A stretch of 64,000 nucleotides of DNA from Candidatus Nanoarchaeia archaeon (GTDB taxonomy: Archaea > Nanobdellota > Nanobdellia > Woesearchaeales > ARS49). How positions within the stretch are numbered: position 1 is the first letter of the stretch; each line of letters opens with the position of its first letter. A model generated the notes under the pieces. That model did not search any database. It saw only the letters and a program-made list of their open reading frames with translations, and was not told the DNA's origin. The stretch is from contig JBGPOY010000005.1 of assembly GCA_041488275.1 (NCBI GenBank), positions 20,386-84,385 on the forward strand. Reading direction: 5' to 3'. A program made the position numbers and the translations under genes. Positions 47,081-56,772 of this stretch are shown one piece after another.

Positions 47081-47683
47081 TTATTCTTCGGTAAATTCTT
47101 CAATCGTGAACTTCGGTTCTTCTTCCTTGCCGAGCGAGCCGCGGTTGCGGAGGTACTCGCGCGCGAGGACGTAGAACAGCAGTCCGAGGGATTTCTTGCC
47201 CTTGTTGTTGCACGGCACGACCAAGTCAATTTCGTTCGCCTGGTTGTTGGTGTCGCACAATGCGATGACGGGAACACCGACGAGCATGGCGTCCTTGATG
47301 GCGTTGCGGTCCGGCCACGCGTCAGTCACGAGAATGCACTTGACTTCCATGAAGGTTTCGAGCACGGGGTTAGTCAGGATTCCCGGAGGGTAGCGTCCCG
47401 CAAAGGTCTTGACGCTGGTGTGCTTGCCGAACGCCTTGACTGCTTTCCAGCCGTTTTCGCGACGCGAGACAACGAGGACGTCTTCGGGCTTGAACTGTGC
47501 CATGAATTTCGACGCAAGGCGAAGCCGTTCGTCAATCTTTTGCAGGTTCAGAACTGAAAGTCCGTCAGGGCGCGTCTTGTAGATGAACGGCTCCATGTAC
47601 TTCGTTCGGAACTTGGTTCCGATGTGGATGCCGGCTTTCAAATATTGATCCTGAGGTACCAGGAATTGCGAAGGTTCAGTCAT
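47081..47683 (-). CDS. rps2: 30S ribosomal protein S2 (uS2)
   Basis: YLKAGIHIGT, GRYPPGILTNP, PCNNKG. Confidence 0.97.
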   Translation of the reverse strand: MTEPSQFLVPQDQYLKAGIHIGTKFRTKYMEPFIYKTRPDGLSVLNLQKIDERLRLASKFMAQFKPEDVLVVSRRENGWKAVKAFGKHTSVKTFAGRYPPGILTNPVLETFMEVKCILVTDAWPDRNAIKDAMLVGVPVIALCDTNNQANEIDLVVPCNNKGKKSLGLLFYVLAREYLRNRGSLGKEEEPKFTIEEFTEE

Positions 47684-47939
47684 ATTCTCTCTCCGTTACG
47701 CAACAGTCGTCCGCGATTTTTCTTACCGCACGCGGCGCTTGTCCCCTCCAAGCGGGAAGGAACGGTTGGTTATACCGTCGATAGCCCGTGAAGGGGTTTA
47801 TAAATGTTTCTTTCAAGCCTTCGTAAGTCTTGGGCGAATTGCTCCTCGTCTCGTTTCGAGAACCAAGTCATAGCTGCCTGCGTCCCAGGCAGGTTTGAGA
47901 CCGTTCTCTCAACTCAACGATGTCGCAAGCACGCGGGTG

Positions 47940-48479
47940 TCAGAAGTCCTGCGCCGGGAACGTCCGCAGGATTTCGTACCGGTGCCCTTCAAATCCGGGA
48001 ACGCTGCGGTACAATTTGAATTCCTGCACGGCAAAATGCTTTTCTTCGAGTTTGATTGACGCGAGCAGGTCCTTGAACGCCTCTTTCGAGACGATACGTT
48101 TCACGCGCGCGAACGTGATGTGAGGATTGTATTCAGGATAATCATTCTTGACTTCAGGCGTTATCTTGTCGATTTCTTTCGCGAGCGCGGCAAACGGGTT
48201 CACCGGTTCAATGCCTCCCCAGACGACGCGGACGCGCCCGCTGTCGGTAAACGTTCCTATCTTGGTAAGGTGCCCTTCGAACGGCTTGAATGCAACGCGT
48301 GAAAGCTTGCGCTCGAGGTCTTGGGCATACGTTTCCGTTTGTTCGCCGAGAAATTTCAAGGTCAAATGATGCTCTTGGGCGACCGCGACCGTTGCCGCAT
48401 CGGTCTTCAAGAGATTGCCGACTTCAGAAAGATAGCGCTTCAGCCCTTCCGGGAAATCAATGGCAACAAACAGTCTCAT
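47940..48479 (-). CDS. thpR: RNA 2',3'-cyclic phosphodiesterase (2H family)
   Basis: MRLFVAI, HLTLKFLG, PHITFAR. Confidence 0.93.
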   Translation of the reverse strand: MRLFVAIDFPEGLKRYLSEVGNLLKTDAATVAVAQEHHLTLKFLGEQTETYAQDLERKLSRVAFKPFEGHLTKIGTFTDSGRVRVVWGGIEPVNPFAALAKEIDKITPEVKNDYPEYNPHITFARVKRIVSKEAFKDLLASIKLEEKHFAVQEFKLYRSVPGFEGHRYEILRTFPAQDF

Positions 48480-48545
48480 GGTTGTAAGAAGAGAGTGAGG
48501 AGGATAAAAAGATTACGAAGAAAAGAAGAAAAACAAAACAGGAGT

Positions 48546-48956
48546 TTATTGCTGCTCTTCGCCGAAGTTTTCGGAGTCAGAGGATTCTTCCGATGATTCC
48601 TCGGCAGGAGCTTCACTCGAAGTTCCTTCCGCGGGGGCTTCCTCGGACGAGGCCGCGGCGCCGGTGCCTGCTTCGCCGATGACTTCGGCAAAACCGACCT
48701 TGCGCAGCACTTTGGTCACGCGAATGCGGACCTGCTGGCCTTCCTTCACGCCAGGAACGAACAGCACGAAACCGTTTCTCTTGGCGAGACCGTCTCCTTT
48801 TTCTCCGACTGCTTCAATGGTCACGTCGATTTCTTCGCCGACCTTGACCGGGGCAGTCATCGGGCGAGGACCATAGCCACCGCCATGTCCGCCGCTGCTG
48901 CCGCCACTACTGCCACCTTCTCGGTGGCCTCCGCCGTATCCACGATTTCCGTACAT
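48546..48956 (-). CDS. Single TRAM-domain RNA chaperone with Gly-rich N-tail and acidic C-tail
   Basis: APVKVGEE, GEKGDG, GFVLFVP, VGFAEV. Confidence 0.92.
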   Translation of the reverse strand: MYGNRGYGGGHREGGSSGGSSGGHGGGYGPRPMTAPVKVGEEIDVTIEAVGEKGDGLAKRNGFVLFVPGVKEGQQVRIRVTKVLRKVGFAEVIGEAGTGAAASSEEAPAEGTSSEAPAEESSEESSDSENFGEEQQ

Positions 48957-49028
48957 AGTTTGTTCACCTTTGTGTATATCAGGAGACCGCGTCTCCTGAG
49001 CGGTTTGGTGTCTGGAGACTATTTAAAC

Positions 49029-49145
49029 TTATGCGACGTTTCGTCCTTGCGTCGCGGTCTGTTCCGTCGCTCGTGCTTTGCGCGCGCGAGGAGCTTTGGG
49101 CGGCTGCGGCGCGATGTTCATCGGTTCTTGGTTCGTGGTTTCCAT
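49029..49145 (-). CDS. Putative 38-aa microprotein
   Basis: GAGGTGA RBS 6 nt before ATG; METTNQEPMNIAPQPPKAPRARKARATEQTATQGRNVA. Confidence 0.55.
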   Translation of the reverse strand: METTNQEPMNIAPQPPKAPRARKARATEQTATQGRNVA

Positions 49146-49191
49146 AGGGGTTCACCTCATTGTTGCAAAAACTGAAACAAAAAAGAACGGT

Positions 49192-50181
49192 TTACGCGTC
49201 GATGACGCCTTTCGCTTCGTCGACCATGAAGACCGCTTCGGTCTCGGCGATGTTCGGGGCGTCAACCATCTTGGCAACGCGCGTCCCCTTCTTGCCTCTG
49301 CGGAGGTAGACGCGGTACGTGCTGTTGTGCGCGACGATGTGCCCGCCGACGGCTTCCGTCGGGTCGCCGAAGAACTGGTCGGGCTTTGACATCACTTGGT
49401 TCGTGACGTAAATGCCGACGTTGTGCTTGTCGGCGAGCTTCATCAGGGCGTGCATGTGCTTGTTGATGCGTTGCTGGCGGTCCGCGAGCGTGCCGCGTCC
49501 GACAAATTCGGCGCGGAAGTGCGCCGTGAGCGAGTCAACGATGACGAGCTTGATGTTCAGTCCCTGCTTCTTGATGAGGTCCTCGACCTTCTCCGCGAGA
49601 AGCATCTGGTGGTCGCTGTTCAAGGCGCGCGCAACTTTGATGTTGCGGAGCACTTCGTCGGGTTCGAGTCCGTTGCCTCTCGCAATTTGGACAATGCGTT
49701 CGGGTCGGAATGTGCCTTCGGTGTCGATGTAGACGACCATGCCGCCTGCGCCGCCTTTTTCGCGCGGAAGCTGTGCGCGCACGGCGAGCGTGTGCGCGAT
49801 TTGCGACTTGCCCGCACCGTACTGCCCGTACGCTTCCGTGATTGCGCCGGTTTCGAAACCGCCGCCCATCAATGCATCAAGCTGCTTGCTGCCGGTCTGG
49901 ATTTTGATGATGTTTTCGCGCTTGCGGAGCATTTCGTCTCCGCCGGTGAACTCCATTTCAAGGTTGGAGCGCGCGATTGCGATGACTTTCTTCGCGGTAG
50001 CTTCGGACATCTCGGTTGCGCCGATGATTTCTCCCGGCGTGGCGACGGCGATGCTCATCAGGTCGGTGAATCCCGCGACTTCGAGCTTCTCAATCGTTGC
50101 GGGCCCGATGCCAGGCAGGTCAGCGACGCTTGTGATCTTTTTCTTCGGTTCTTCCATTTCTAATTCCAGTTCCTGTTTCAT
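49192..50181 (-). CDS. radA: DNA repair and recombination protein RadA
   Basis: [31 protein letters not shown]; GGAGG RBS. Confidence 0.97.
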   Translation of the reverse strand: MKQELELEMEEPKKKITSVADLPGIGPATIEKLEVAGFTDLMSIAVATPGEIIGATEMSEATAKKVIAIARSNLEMEFTGGDEMLRKRENIIKIQTGSKQLDALMGGGFETGAITEAYGQYGAGKSQIAHTLAVRAQLPREKGGAGGMVVYIDTEGTFRPERIVQIARGNGLEPDEVLRNIKVARALNSDHQMLLAEKVEDLIKKQGLNIKLVIVDSLTAHFRAEFVGRGTLADRQQRINKHMHALMKLADKHNVGIYVTNQVMSKPDQFFGDPTEAVGGHIVAHNSTYRVYLRRGKKGTRVAKMVDAPNIAETEAVFMVDEAKGVIDA

Positions 50182-50275
50182 GTTCTCCTCCTTTATATCA
50201 TAGTGGGAAAATAAAGAGGGGCCCAATGAGAACGCGGCGTTCTCATGGGCATCCGAACCCTCAGGTTCGGACCGC

Positions 50276-50551
50276 CTAAGCGGCCTCCTCCATAATGACA
50301 GCGTCGTCCTCGGTGTGCTCGTGCAAGGCGACGTGTTCGTACGCCTTGGTCAGCACCATAATTGCCCGAGGCAGGTCCTGCGCGAACAGGGACTTGGTTC
50401 CTTTCCAGGTGCCGTCCTTGTCCTTGTAGCGCTTCTCGAACGAAACTGAGCTCACGGCAATCGGCGTGCCGTCCTTGCTCTGGCGTTCGTTCGTCCACAC
50501 GGTTGCCGTGATGGTTCCTGCTCTGAACTTCGCTTCTGGTTTGTTGTCCAT
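50276..50551 (-). CDS. Small beta-sheet/helix protein, possible PC4/Whirly-like ssDNA binder
   Basis: [20 protein letters not shown]; AGGTGA RBS; function is inference. Confidence 0.7.
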   Translation of the reverse strand: MDNKPEAKFRAGTITATVWTNERQSKDGTPIAVSSVSFEKRYKDKDGTWKGTKSLFAQDLPRAIMVLTKAYEHVALHEHTEDDAVIMEEAA

Positions 50552-50711
50552 AGGTATCACCTGTCCAACTCCAGTCGCGTCGCGTTGAAATGCGTTCTGC
50601 GGCGTTTTCCGTACAGATTCCGCCGGGACTGGGAGTCTTTGCGACATGATTCTCTTACTCGCGCGGCGGTTTAAATAGACGAGGAAGGGGTATGTCCAGT
50701 GTCCTGTGGGT

Positions 50712-51167
50712 TTACAAGAACAGTTTCACGACGATAACGACGACCAGCCCCACAAACAAGAAGGTCTCAACAATCGTGCCGGTTTCTATCGGTCCTTGCA
50801 TTCGCCACGTGCTGACGGGATAGACGAAGTTGACGCCCATGCGCGTGAGGCTGTCGGATACCAAGTGCGAGAGGTAGCCGAGCGTCAGGGCGAGCCCGAC
50901 AAATGATTCGTGGAAGTACGCGAGGACGGCGTAGATAATGATGGCGGGGAACACGCTGTGGAAGAATCCGCGGTGCTTGAAGAACACGGGGAAAATACGC
51001 GTGACGGGGCACAAGCGATTGATGGTAGATTTCTCGTGGTCGACGTCCGGTAGCAGCGCGCCGAAAGCGACGAGCGCGACAAACAAGAGCTTGCTCGGCA
51101 CCGAGATGAACGGAAGCAGGAGCAACGCGATGAGAATGCCAAACGCCAAGTGCGTGCGCGCGAGCAT
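50712..51167 (-). CDS. YdjM-family metal-dependent membrane hydrolase
   Basis: TH, LPDVDH, HRGFFHS, SHLVSD. Confidence 0.9.
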   Translation of the reverse strand: MLARTHLAFGILIALLLLPFISVPSKLLFVALVAFGALLPDVDHEKSTINRLCPVTRIFPVFFKHRGFFHSVFPAIIIYAVLAYFHESFVGLALTLGYLSHLVSDSLTRMGVNFVYPVSTWRMQGPIETGTIVETFLFVGLVVVIVVKLFL

Positions 51168-51207
51168 TTCCCGTCAAGAGAGGTGTTCGCTTTTAATGCT
51201 TCCGCGT

Positions 51208-51295
51208 CCCCGCACGTGCAGCCCAAGCAGTTTGGTTCGTCGTCGTGCGCGCAGAGAAGTCAGAAAGCAACATCCAACGTCCCTGGGTCGCGGGG
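51208..51295 (-). ncRNA. Candidate structured 3'-UTR element, copy A
   Basis: 21/23-nt core shared with 60467-60489; closing stem CCCCGCG/TGCGGGG. Confidence 0.4.
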
Positions 51296-51296
51296 T

Positions 51297-52280
51297 TTAC
51301 GCCGTCGGCGGAAGGCGTGCCAGTTCTTCTTCCGGATTCGGCGCAGCGAAGACAAGCTGGGCGACGAATTCGAGGCGGTCAAAGAACATGTTGCGGTTGA
51401 CTTTGCCCACGACCTTGATGATGTGCCCGAGCAAGTCCGATCGCACCTGCTCGAACGAGTCGAGGTTGTTGCGGTACGCGAGAATGTCTTCGGTGCTCTT
51501 GTTCAACAGGCGTTCCATTTGGTTGCGGAAGAACACGATGCGGATATTGTCCGTGCCATCGTCGAGAATGACGTTGAACACGCAGGAATAGTTCGGCGTA
51601 ACCGGACCGTGCTGCGGACAAGTAGCGTTCTTGGCGCTCTTGTTGCACTGCGGGCAGACCTCGAAGAACTTCGGCGAGAAGCTTTCGGTGATGGTGCCGA
51701 GCACTTCGACGTTCTGGTCCTGTTCGGTCAGGTCTTTGACCGTCTTGCGCGGCGCTTTCTCGCGTTCCTTGACGTCGCCGACAGTTTCGCCGGGCGGGTT
51801 GACAACGACCCTGCTTTGGTCGGAGAGATGGAGTTCCTTGAAGCCGCGGTTGTTGTCGCGCGCCTGCGCATTTACGACGAGCACGATGTTGCCCATCTTG
51901 ATGTCGCGGAGGAAGCTCGTTTGATCGCCCCAGCACACGACGCGGACAGTTCCTGTCTCGTCGCCGAGCGTGAAGCTGCCGACTTTGCCGGGAGTGCCGT
52001 CAGAACGCGAAAAGTCCTTTGCTTCGTACACCTGCGTGACTTTGCCGACGAGTTCGACGCTGCGCATGCCGGCGAAGACGTCCTTGATTTTTTGGCGTCC
52101 GCCGTGCTCGAGCAGCTTGACTCCCAGTTCGTTCGCGATGATGTGCCCCGCGCCGTCGCGGCTGACCAATCCGGCGAGCTGTTGGCACTTCTTGTCAACG
52201 CGGACGAGAATATCCTGTTCAGAAAGTCCTGTCTTCTCAGTGATTTTCTTGACGATGTCTGCGAGAGGAATTCGAATCAT
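51297..52280 (-). CDS. Replication protein A (two OB folds + Zn finger)
   Basis: GDETGTVRVVCW, CPQC..CPQHG, LDDGTD. Confidence 0.9.
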   Translation of the reverse strand: MIRIPLADIVKKITEKTGLSEQDILVRVDKKCQQLAGLVSRDGAGHIIANELGVKLLEHGGRQKIKDVFAGMRSVELVGKVTQVYEAKDFSRSDGTPGKVGSFTLGDETGTVRVVCWGDQTSFLRDIKMGNIVLVVNAQARDNNRGFKELHLSDQSRVVVNPPGETVGDVKEREKAPRKTVKDLTEQDQNVEVLGTITESFSPKFFEVCPQCNKSAKNATCPQHGPVTPNYSCVFNVILDDGTDNIRIVFFRNQMERLLNKSTEDILAYRNNLDSFEQVRSDLLGHIIKVVGKVNRNMFFDRLEFVAQLVFAAPNPEEELARLPPTA

Positions 52281-52346
52281 TGTGCCACCCAACCCTTTTG
52301 TTAGTTTGGGAGCGAGATGCTATTTAAAGTTTTGGATAGCAGAGTT

Positions 52347-53174
52347 TTATGGCGCAGAAACAGTCGGAAGCGTCAGCGTCATCGCGGTCACAGGGCTGTT
52401 GAAGCACAGCGGCATCTTGTACTGCTGCGTCGCGGTAATGGCATACGTGTCGGGCGCGCTTCCCTCGGCGCCGTTCCACGCGATGAATCCTTTGTCTTTC
52501 GTGTTCAAGCCCGTCAGAATGTCGTCAACGCACAGCGATTTCGCCGAGCCGGTCGGATATTTCCTGCACGTGTCGAACGCGACGACTCCCGTTTGCAATC
52601 GGGTGTACATTTCCTTGAGCGGATAGTTATAGCGCGCCGTGAACGACACACGTGCCTGATAGACATTGAGGAAACTTCCGCGGTTCAGTTGCACTTCAAC
52701 GGTCTTAGGAAGAGGGATGGTGACGTGCTCCGGCAGCAGAGGCGCGCCCGTGACGGTCAGCGGATTATCGACGGAAATAACGTACGAAACCGGCGCGTTC
52801 ATCTGTTTCGTGACGAGCGTTCCCATCGCTGTTGCGATGTCCGGCAGCAACGGAATGTCACGCACCGCAATCGATGCAGGAGCAGCAGCGGTGCCTTGCC
52901 GTTGGCAGCGCTCGGCGCTCGCGCCCTGTCCTGCGCTTCCCGCCAATTGATAGATTGCGTCCTCGATGGCGTAGCGCGCCTGCAGTTCGCGCGGAATAAA
53001 GACATCAGATTCGGTCGCAGTGTACGTCGTGGCAAGCGTTTCCGCGTGCGTGCCGAGCGGGTTCGACAGTTTGTCAATTTTGTCCGAGAGCACGATGTTC
53101 GACGCAATCAGGAGCGCGCCCAAGAATACCAAGACAATGAGCGGTTCAAAGATGAAGAACGCACGGCGGTTCAT
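52347..53174 (-). CDS. Pilin-like protein, class III signal peptide
   Basis: MNRRA|FFIFE + hydrophobic helix. Confidence 0.8.
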   Translation of the reverse strand: MNRRAFFIFEPLIVLVFLGALLIASNIVLSDKIDKLSNPLGTHAETLATTYTATESDVFIPRELQARYAIEDAIYQLAGSAGQGASAERCQRQGTAAAPASIAVRDIPLLPDIATAMGTLVTKQMNAPVSYVISVDNPLTVTGAPLLPEHVTIPLPKTVEVQLNRGSFLNVYQARVSFTARYNYPLKEMYTRLQTGVVAFDTCRKYPTGSAKSLCVDDILTGLNTKDKGFIAWNGAEGSAPDTYAITATQQYKMPLCFNSPVTAMTLTLPTVSAP

Positions 53175-53677
53175 GCGAACGGCCCCGCGGCTGCGCCCTG
53201 TCCTTGCGATGCTGCGTTCTCGTCAGCGGCGGTTGTCTGCGTGTACGCGACCGTGAACACCTTGCCATTGGGCAGCGGCAGCGTCGCGCTCGACGACAAC
53301 CCTGCGGAAATGAGCGAGTCGCCGAACGCCCACGAGCTTCCGTCGGGCAATGTGATAAGGATGCGGTTGAGTTTCTTGTTGTCCAAGGATTTAAGGAATT
53401 GTGTCGTTACTTGCTTGACGCGCTGTTGGTCGTTTGCTTCAACTCCTTGCGCAAGCACTTCGGCAAACGGCACCTTGTCGCCGCCCAAGTCGACGGATTG
53501 ACGCAGATACGAGGACAGCACGACTTCGCGGTCGGGCGTCTGCACGGCGTCCATCGCCGCGAGACGGTTGCGTCCGAATTCAGGCTTGAGCAGGAGCGCA
53601 ACCACGACAATCAGCAGGAGCAATACCCACGAGAAAATGATGAGCAGCAGGCGTCCCGCGATTTGTCCGCGTTTCAC
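53171..53677 (-). CDS. Pilin-like protein, class III signal peptide
   Basis: MKRG|QIAG + hydrophobic helix; GTG start. Confidence 0.8.
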   Translation of the reverse strand: MKRGQIAGRLLLIIFSWVLLLLIVVVALLLKPEFGRNRLAAMDAVQTPDREVVLSSYLRQSVDLGGDKVPFAEVLAQGVEANDQQRVKQVTTQFLKSLDNKKLNRILITLPDGSSWAFGDSLISAGLSSSATLPLPNGKVFTVAYTQTTAADENAASQGQGAAAGPFA

Positions 53678-54186
53678 GAGGACGCCCTCCGCAGGACTTC
53701 AATCGTGCCGGTCGTGAGCGTGTCAATGCCCTTGTCGCGCACGATGATGGCGACGGGGAATACGAGTTGTTCCGTGCTTCCAGCGCCCGTGCCGCCGACT
53801 TGCGGCTGGAGCCATCGATAAAATTGTTCATAATAATACGTCGTGGTCGTGCCAAGCGTGACTTTGGCGGCGAGCGTCTGGCTGTCTGCCGCAATCCACG
53901 CAGCGTTCGTGAGTCTTGTTGAGAGCGCAGGGTCGCGAAGCTTGTCCGCGTCGACGACGCCCGGAATTGCTCGCCCCGTTGCGTCAAGCGCAGCAAGCCC
54001 GCTGGGCGAATACAATAATTCGTGTTCGAGCGCCGCCGCGTCGGCAGGGAACGTGTCCTGCTTCGGGTTGATGCGGTTGCCGAGGTAGAGCGTCAGCGTG
54101 CCGAAGATGATGACGAGCATCAGCGTCGTGAACACTATCCACGAGAGCGTGTATGCCGAAACTTGGGCGTTACGTGAGCGCAGCAT
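53674..54186 (-). CDS. Pilin-like protein, class III signal peptide
   Basis: RSRNA|QVSA + hydrophobic helix. Confidence 0.78.
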   Translation of the reverse strand: MLRSRNAQVSAYTLSWIVFTTLMLVIIFGTLTLYLGNRINPKQDTFPADAAALEHELLYSPSGLAALDATGRAIPGVVDADKLRDPALSTRLTNAAWIAADSQTLAAKVTLGTTTTYYYEQFYRWLQPQVGGTGAGSTEQLVFPVAIIVRDKGIDTLTTGTIEVLRRASS

Positions 54187-55036
54187 AGAGTTGGTCCGAG
54201 GTTTCTCCGGGTTTGGCTACGGTGATGAGCAGGACGACGCCGGGCTTGCCGTCCGGCAGGAGCTGGCTGACGGAGTTCGCGGGAGCGTAATCCTTCGCAA
54301 CCGGGATGACTGCGGCATTGAACGTGAATGGGTCGAGCGGTTTTGCCGTCGGAAGCTGCGTATTCACCAGAGCGCAGCCGAGCGCGACTCCTTTCACGTT
54401 GACGTAGGCAATCGCAGAAGGAGTGCTCGCGATTCCGACAACAATCGTTGCGTCCGCGCTCGCGATGGTGGCGTCGCGGAACGCGGTGTCGCTCAGCGTG
54501 TCCTTGACGCGCGCAGAGTCGGGGACCAGCCGTGCGGGATTGTGCGCGACGATTGACTGGACAACGGCTTGCGCATCCGCGGTTGCGGGGATAATTGCAA
54601 TCTTTCCCGTGATGGTGACGGGCGGGCAGCCGAACGAATACGCGTTCGTTGCTTTGCGGTCCGCTCCGACGGTGACGGTGTTCGCAGCAGTCTGGAATCC
54701 GACCGAAGAAACGCCGTCGGCGGTGAGCGGAATTTCCTTGAGCGCGCGGTCGAAGACGTACATTCCCTTCCCCGAACCGACGATAACGATTCCTTGTCCC
54801 AGTCGTGTGGGCGCGGTGACCGTGATGCCCGGAATTACGAAATCATAATACGCGTTCGCGCCGGCGTACAGGTCCATGCCTTGCCGCGTGAGCGCCAAGT
54901 CCTTGACGGCATACTGCTGTTCCGAGAGATGATTGTCCTTGGCGCGGTTGATGAGGAGAAAGATTGCGGACGTCGCGATGACGACAATGACGAGTTCGAT
55001 AATGACCCATAGTACCTGCGTTTGGGCGCGCTTCAC
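54170..55036 (-). CDS. Pilin-like protein, class III signal peptide
   Basis: GTG at 55036: MKRA|QTQVLWVIIE. Confidence 0.8.
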   Translation of the reverse strand: MKRAQTQVLWVIIELVIVVIATSAIFLLINRAKDNHLSEQQYAVKDLALTRQGMDLYAGANAYYDFVIPGITVTAPTRLGQGIVIVGSGKGMYVFDRALKEIPLTADGVSSVGFQTAANTVTVGADRKATNAYSFGCPPVTITGKIAIIPATADAQAVVQSIVAHNPARLVPDSARVKDTLSDTAFRDATIASADATIVVGIASTPSAIAYVNVKGVALGCALVNTQLPTAKPLDPFTFNAAVIPVAKDYAPANSVSQLLPDGKPGVVLLITVAKPGETSDQLYAALT

Positions 55037-56769
55037 GGCGTCACCAGTGTCGTGCTCGTGGCGGGCGTGAAGCACGTTCCCGCAAGCGCGCCGTTCACGA
55101 AGTCATTTCGGCAGGATTGTCCGACGGGGCACGTGTCGACGAGCGCCCATTTGTTGTCTTTGCAGGAATAGCGGTTGTCGTAGTTCGGGCGCGGGCTTCC
55201 GACGGCGATGGTAACGGGGAAACCGAGCATTTTCTTGACGTCATTGAGCGAGAGCTGACCGCAGAGCGACATCAGCGGGTCGACTGCGCAGGAATTGCCG
55301 GGGTAAATAGTGCCAAACGGATTTTTTGCAGGAATAATGGGTATGCCGTTGCACGCCTGCGGAGCTCCTGCCGGGAAATTTCCTGCGTTGCATTGCTCAA
55401 TCAGCTTCAGGAGCGCGGCGTTTCTGATTTCCAGCAGCGAAGACGTGCGGTCATCGCGCTGAAGGACGTTCGCGTACGCGTTCAGCATGGCGTCGACGTC
55501 ATTGCCGGACAGGATAGTCTTTGTGCTTTCTGCACGGTATGCCTCGCCAAGAATGTACGAGGCAACTGCGGGCGGTACAGCGTCCTGCGGCGTGAGTGTT
55601 TGTGCTGCCGTGGTCAGCAACGGAATCGCGGTCGTGAAATCGCTTTGCGCTCCGGTGACGAATCCGCGCAGGAACGCCAGCAGTGCGTTGTTAGGCAAAG
55701 CGGTTGAAAATGCCGTGAGCCGTTTCGATGCGGCGGTAAGTTGAGACGCGATAGCGGGATTCAATTGCGTATCCTGGCTCAATGACGGGAACGGCGTTGT
55801 GGTGACGATAATTTCTCCGGTCTGCCGGAAGTAGTCTGCCAAACCATACGTCGCGATGTACGCCACCGCACCCTTCGCTGCGTCCACCGTATTGCCAAGC
55901 AGGTAGTTGGATTCGGAGATTTTGAATTGCGCGTTGCGCACCTTTTCCTGCAGCTGCGGGCGGTCGCCTGCGACCGTGACAAAGCGCGTGTAGTGCTTCA
56001 ACGCTTCGGCGTAGTTCTTTGCGTTGAACGCGTTCTCGGCTGCCGCGAAAATGCTGTCAAACGCGTTCGTGATGACTGCGTCTTGGCGTGATTTGATGAC
56101 GCTGTCGCTCAGTCCGGTCGCGACGAGGATGACGTTTTTGCCTTCGATAAACGCTTTCTCGAGATAGACGGGCGTGGTGCCGAACGCGTTCTTGAGGAAG
56201 CCGCACTTACCGTGCATCGACAGCGAGCTCTGCGTCAATTGCGGCGCGAGGTTCGTGTACGCTGCGGGAAGATTCGCGTACTGCAGTCCTTTGAACGTAT
56301 CGACTGTTTTCTGCGTCACCGTGATGCCGTCGGTTTTTTGGTACACGAAACTGACGATGTTGTCGACTCCGGGGAACGTGACGCAGCCGCGCGGCGTGTC
56401 CGTGATTGCTTTGAACATGCAGAGGCACGCGAGCGTGCCGCAGGAGCTCGGTCGGTTAATTGCTTGTGTGGTTCCGCAGCTGTCGACGGGCGTTTCCGTG
56501 CCGGCGCTGAAGCCCACAATCGTGTAATCATTGCTGATGTAGAGCGGAATCGTGCCGTGGACAAACGGTTCGAGATTGGCGGAATATTGCGTTATTTTGC
56601 TCGCGAGGGAGAGGAACGAGTACGTGGTGCCGGTTTCTTCATTGCTGGAGCCGGAGCCAAATGCGCGGATGGCGAAAAACAGCACGGCCGAAATAAGCAC
56701 GACCACAAGAATAAGCCCGATGAGCTCCCACAATACTTTTCCCACTTCCTCTTGTGCGCGGCGGTTCAT
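55033..56769 (-). CDS. Large pilin-like adhesin with TPR region and Cys-rich tail
   Basis: MNRRA|QEE; CLC motif; AENAFNAKNYAEALKHY TPR. Confidence 0.82.
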   Translation of the reverse strand: MNRRAQEEVGKVLWELIGLILVVVLISAVLFFAIRAFGSGSSNEETGTTYSFLSLASKITQYSANLEPFVHGTIPLYISNDYTIVGFSAGTETPVDSCGTTQAINRPSSCGTLACLCMFKAITDTPRGCVTFPGVDNIVSFVYQKTDGITVTQKTVDTFKGLQYANLPAAYTNLAPQLTQSSLSMHGKCGFLKNAFGTTPVYLEKAFIEGKNVILVATGLSDSVIKSRQDAVITNAFDSIFAAAENAFNAKNYAEALKHYTRFVTVAGDRPQLQEKVRNAQFKISESNYLLGNTVDAAKGAVAYIATYGLADYFRQTGEIIVTTTPFPSLSQDTQLNPAIASQLTAASKRLTAFSTALPNNALLAFLRGFVTGAQSDFTTAIPLLTTAAQTLTPQDAVPPAVASYILGEAYRAESTKTILSGNDVDAMLNAYANVLQRDDRTSSLLEIRNAALLKLIEQCNAGNFPAGAPQACNGIPIIPAKNPFGTIYPGNSCAVDPLMSLCGQLSLNDVKKMLGFPVTIAVGSPRPNYDNRYSCKDNKWALVDTCPVGQSCRNDFVNGALAGTCFTPATSTTLVTP

Positions 56770-56772
56770 ACA

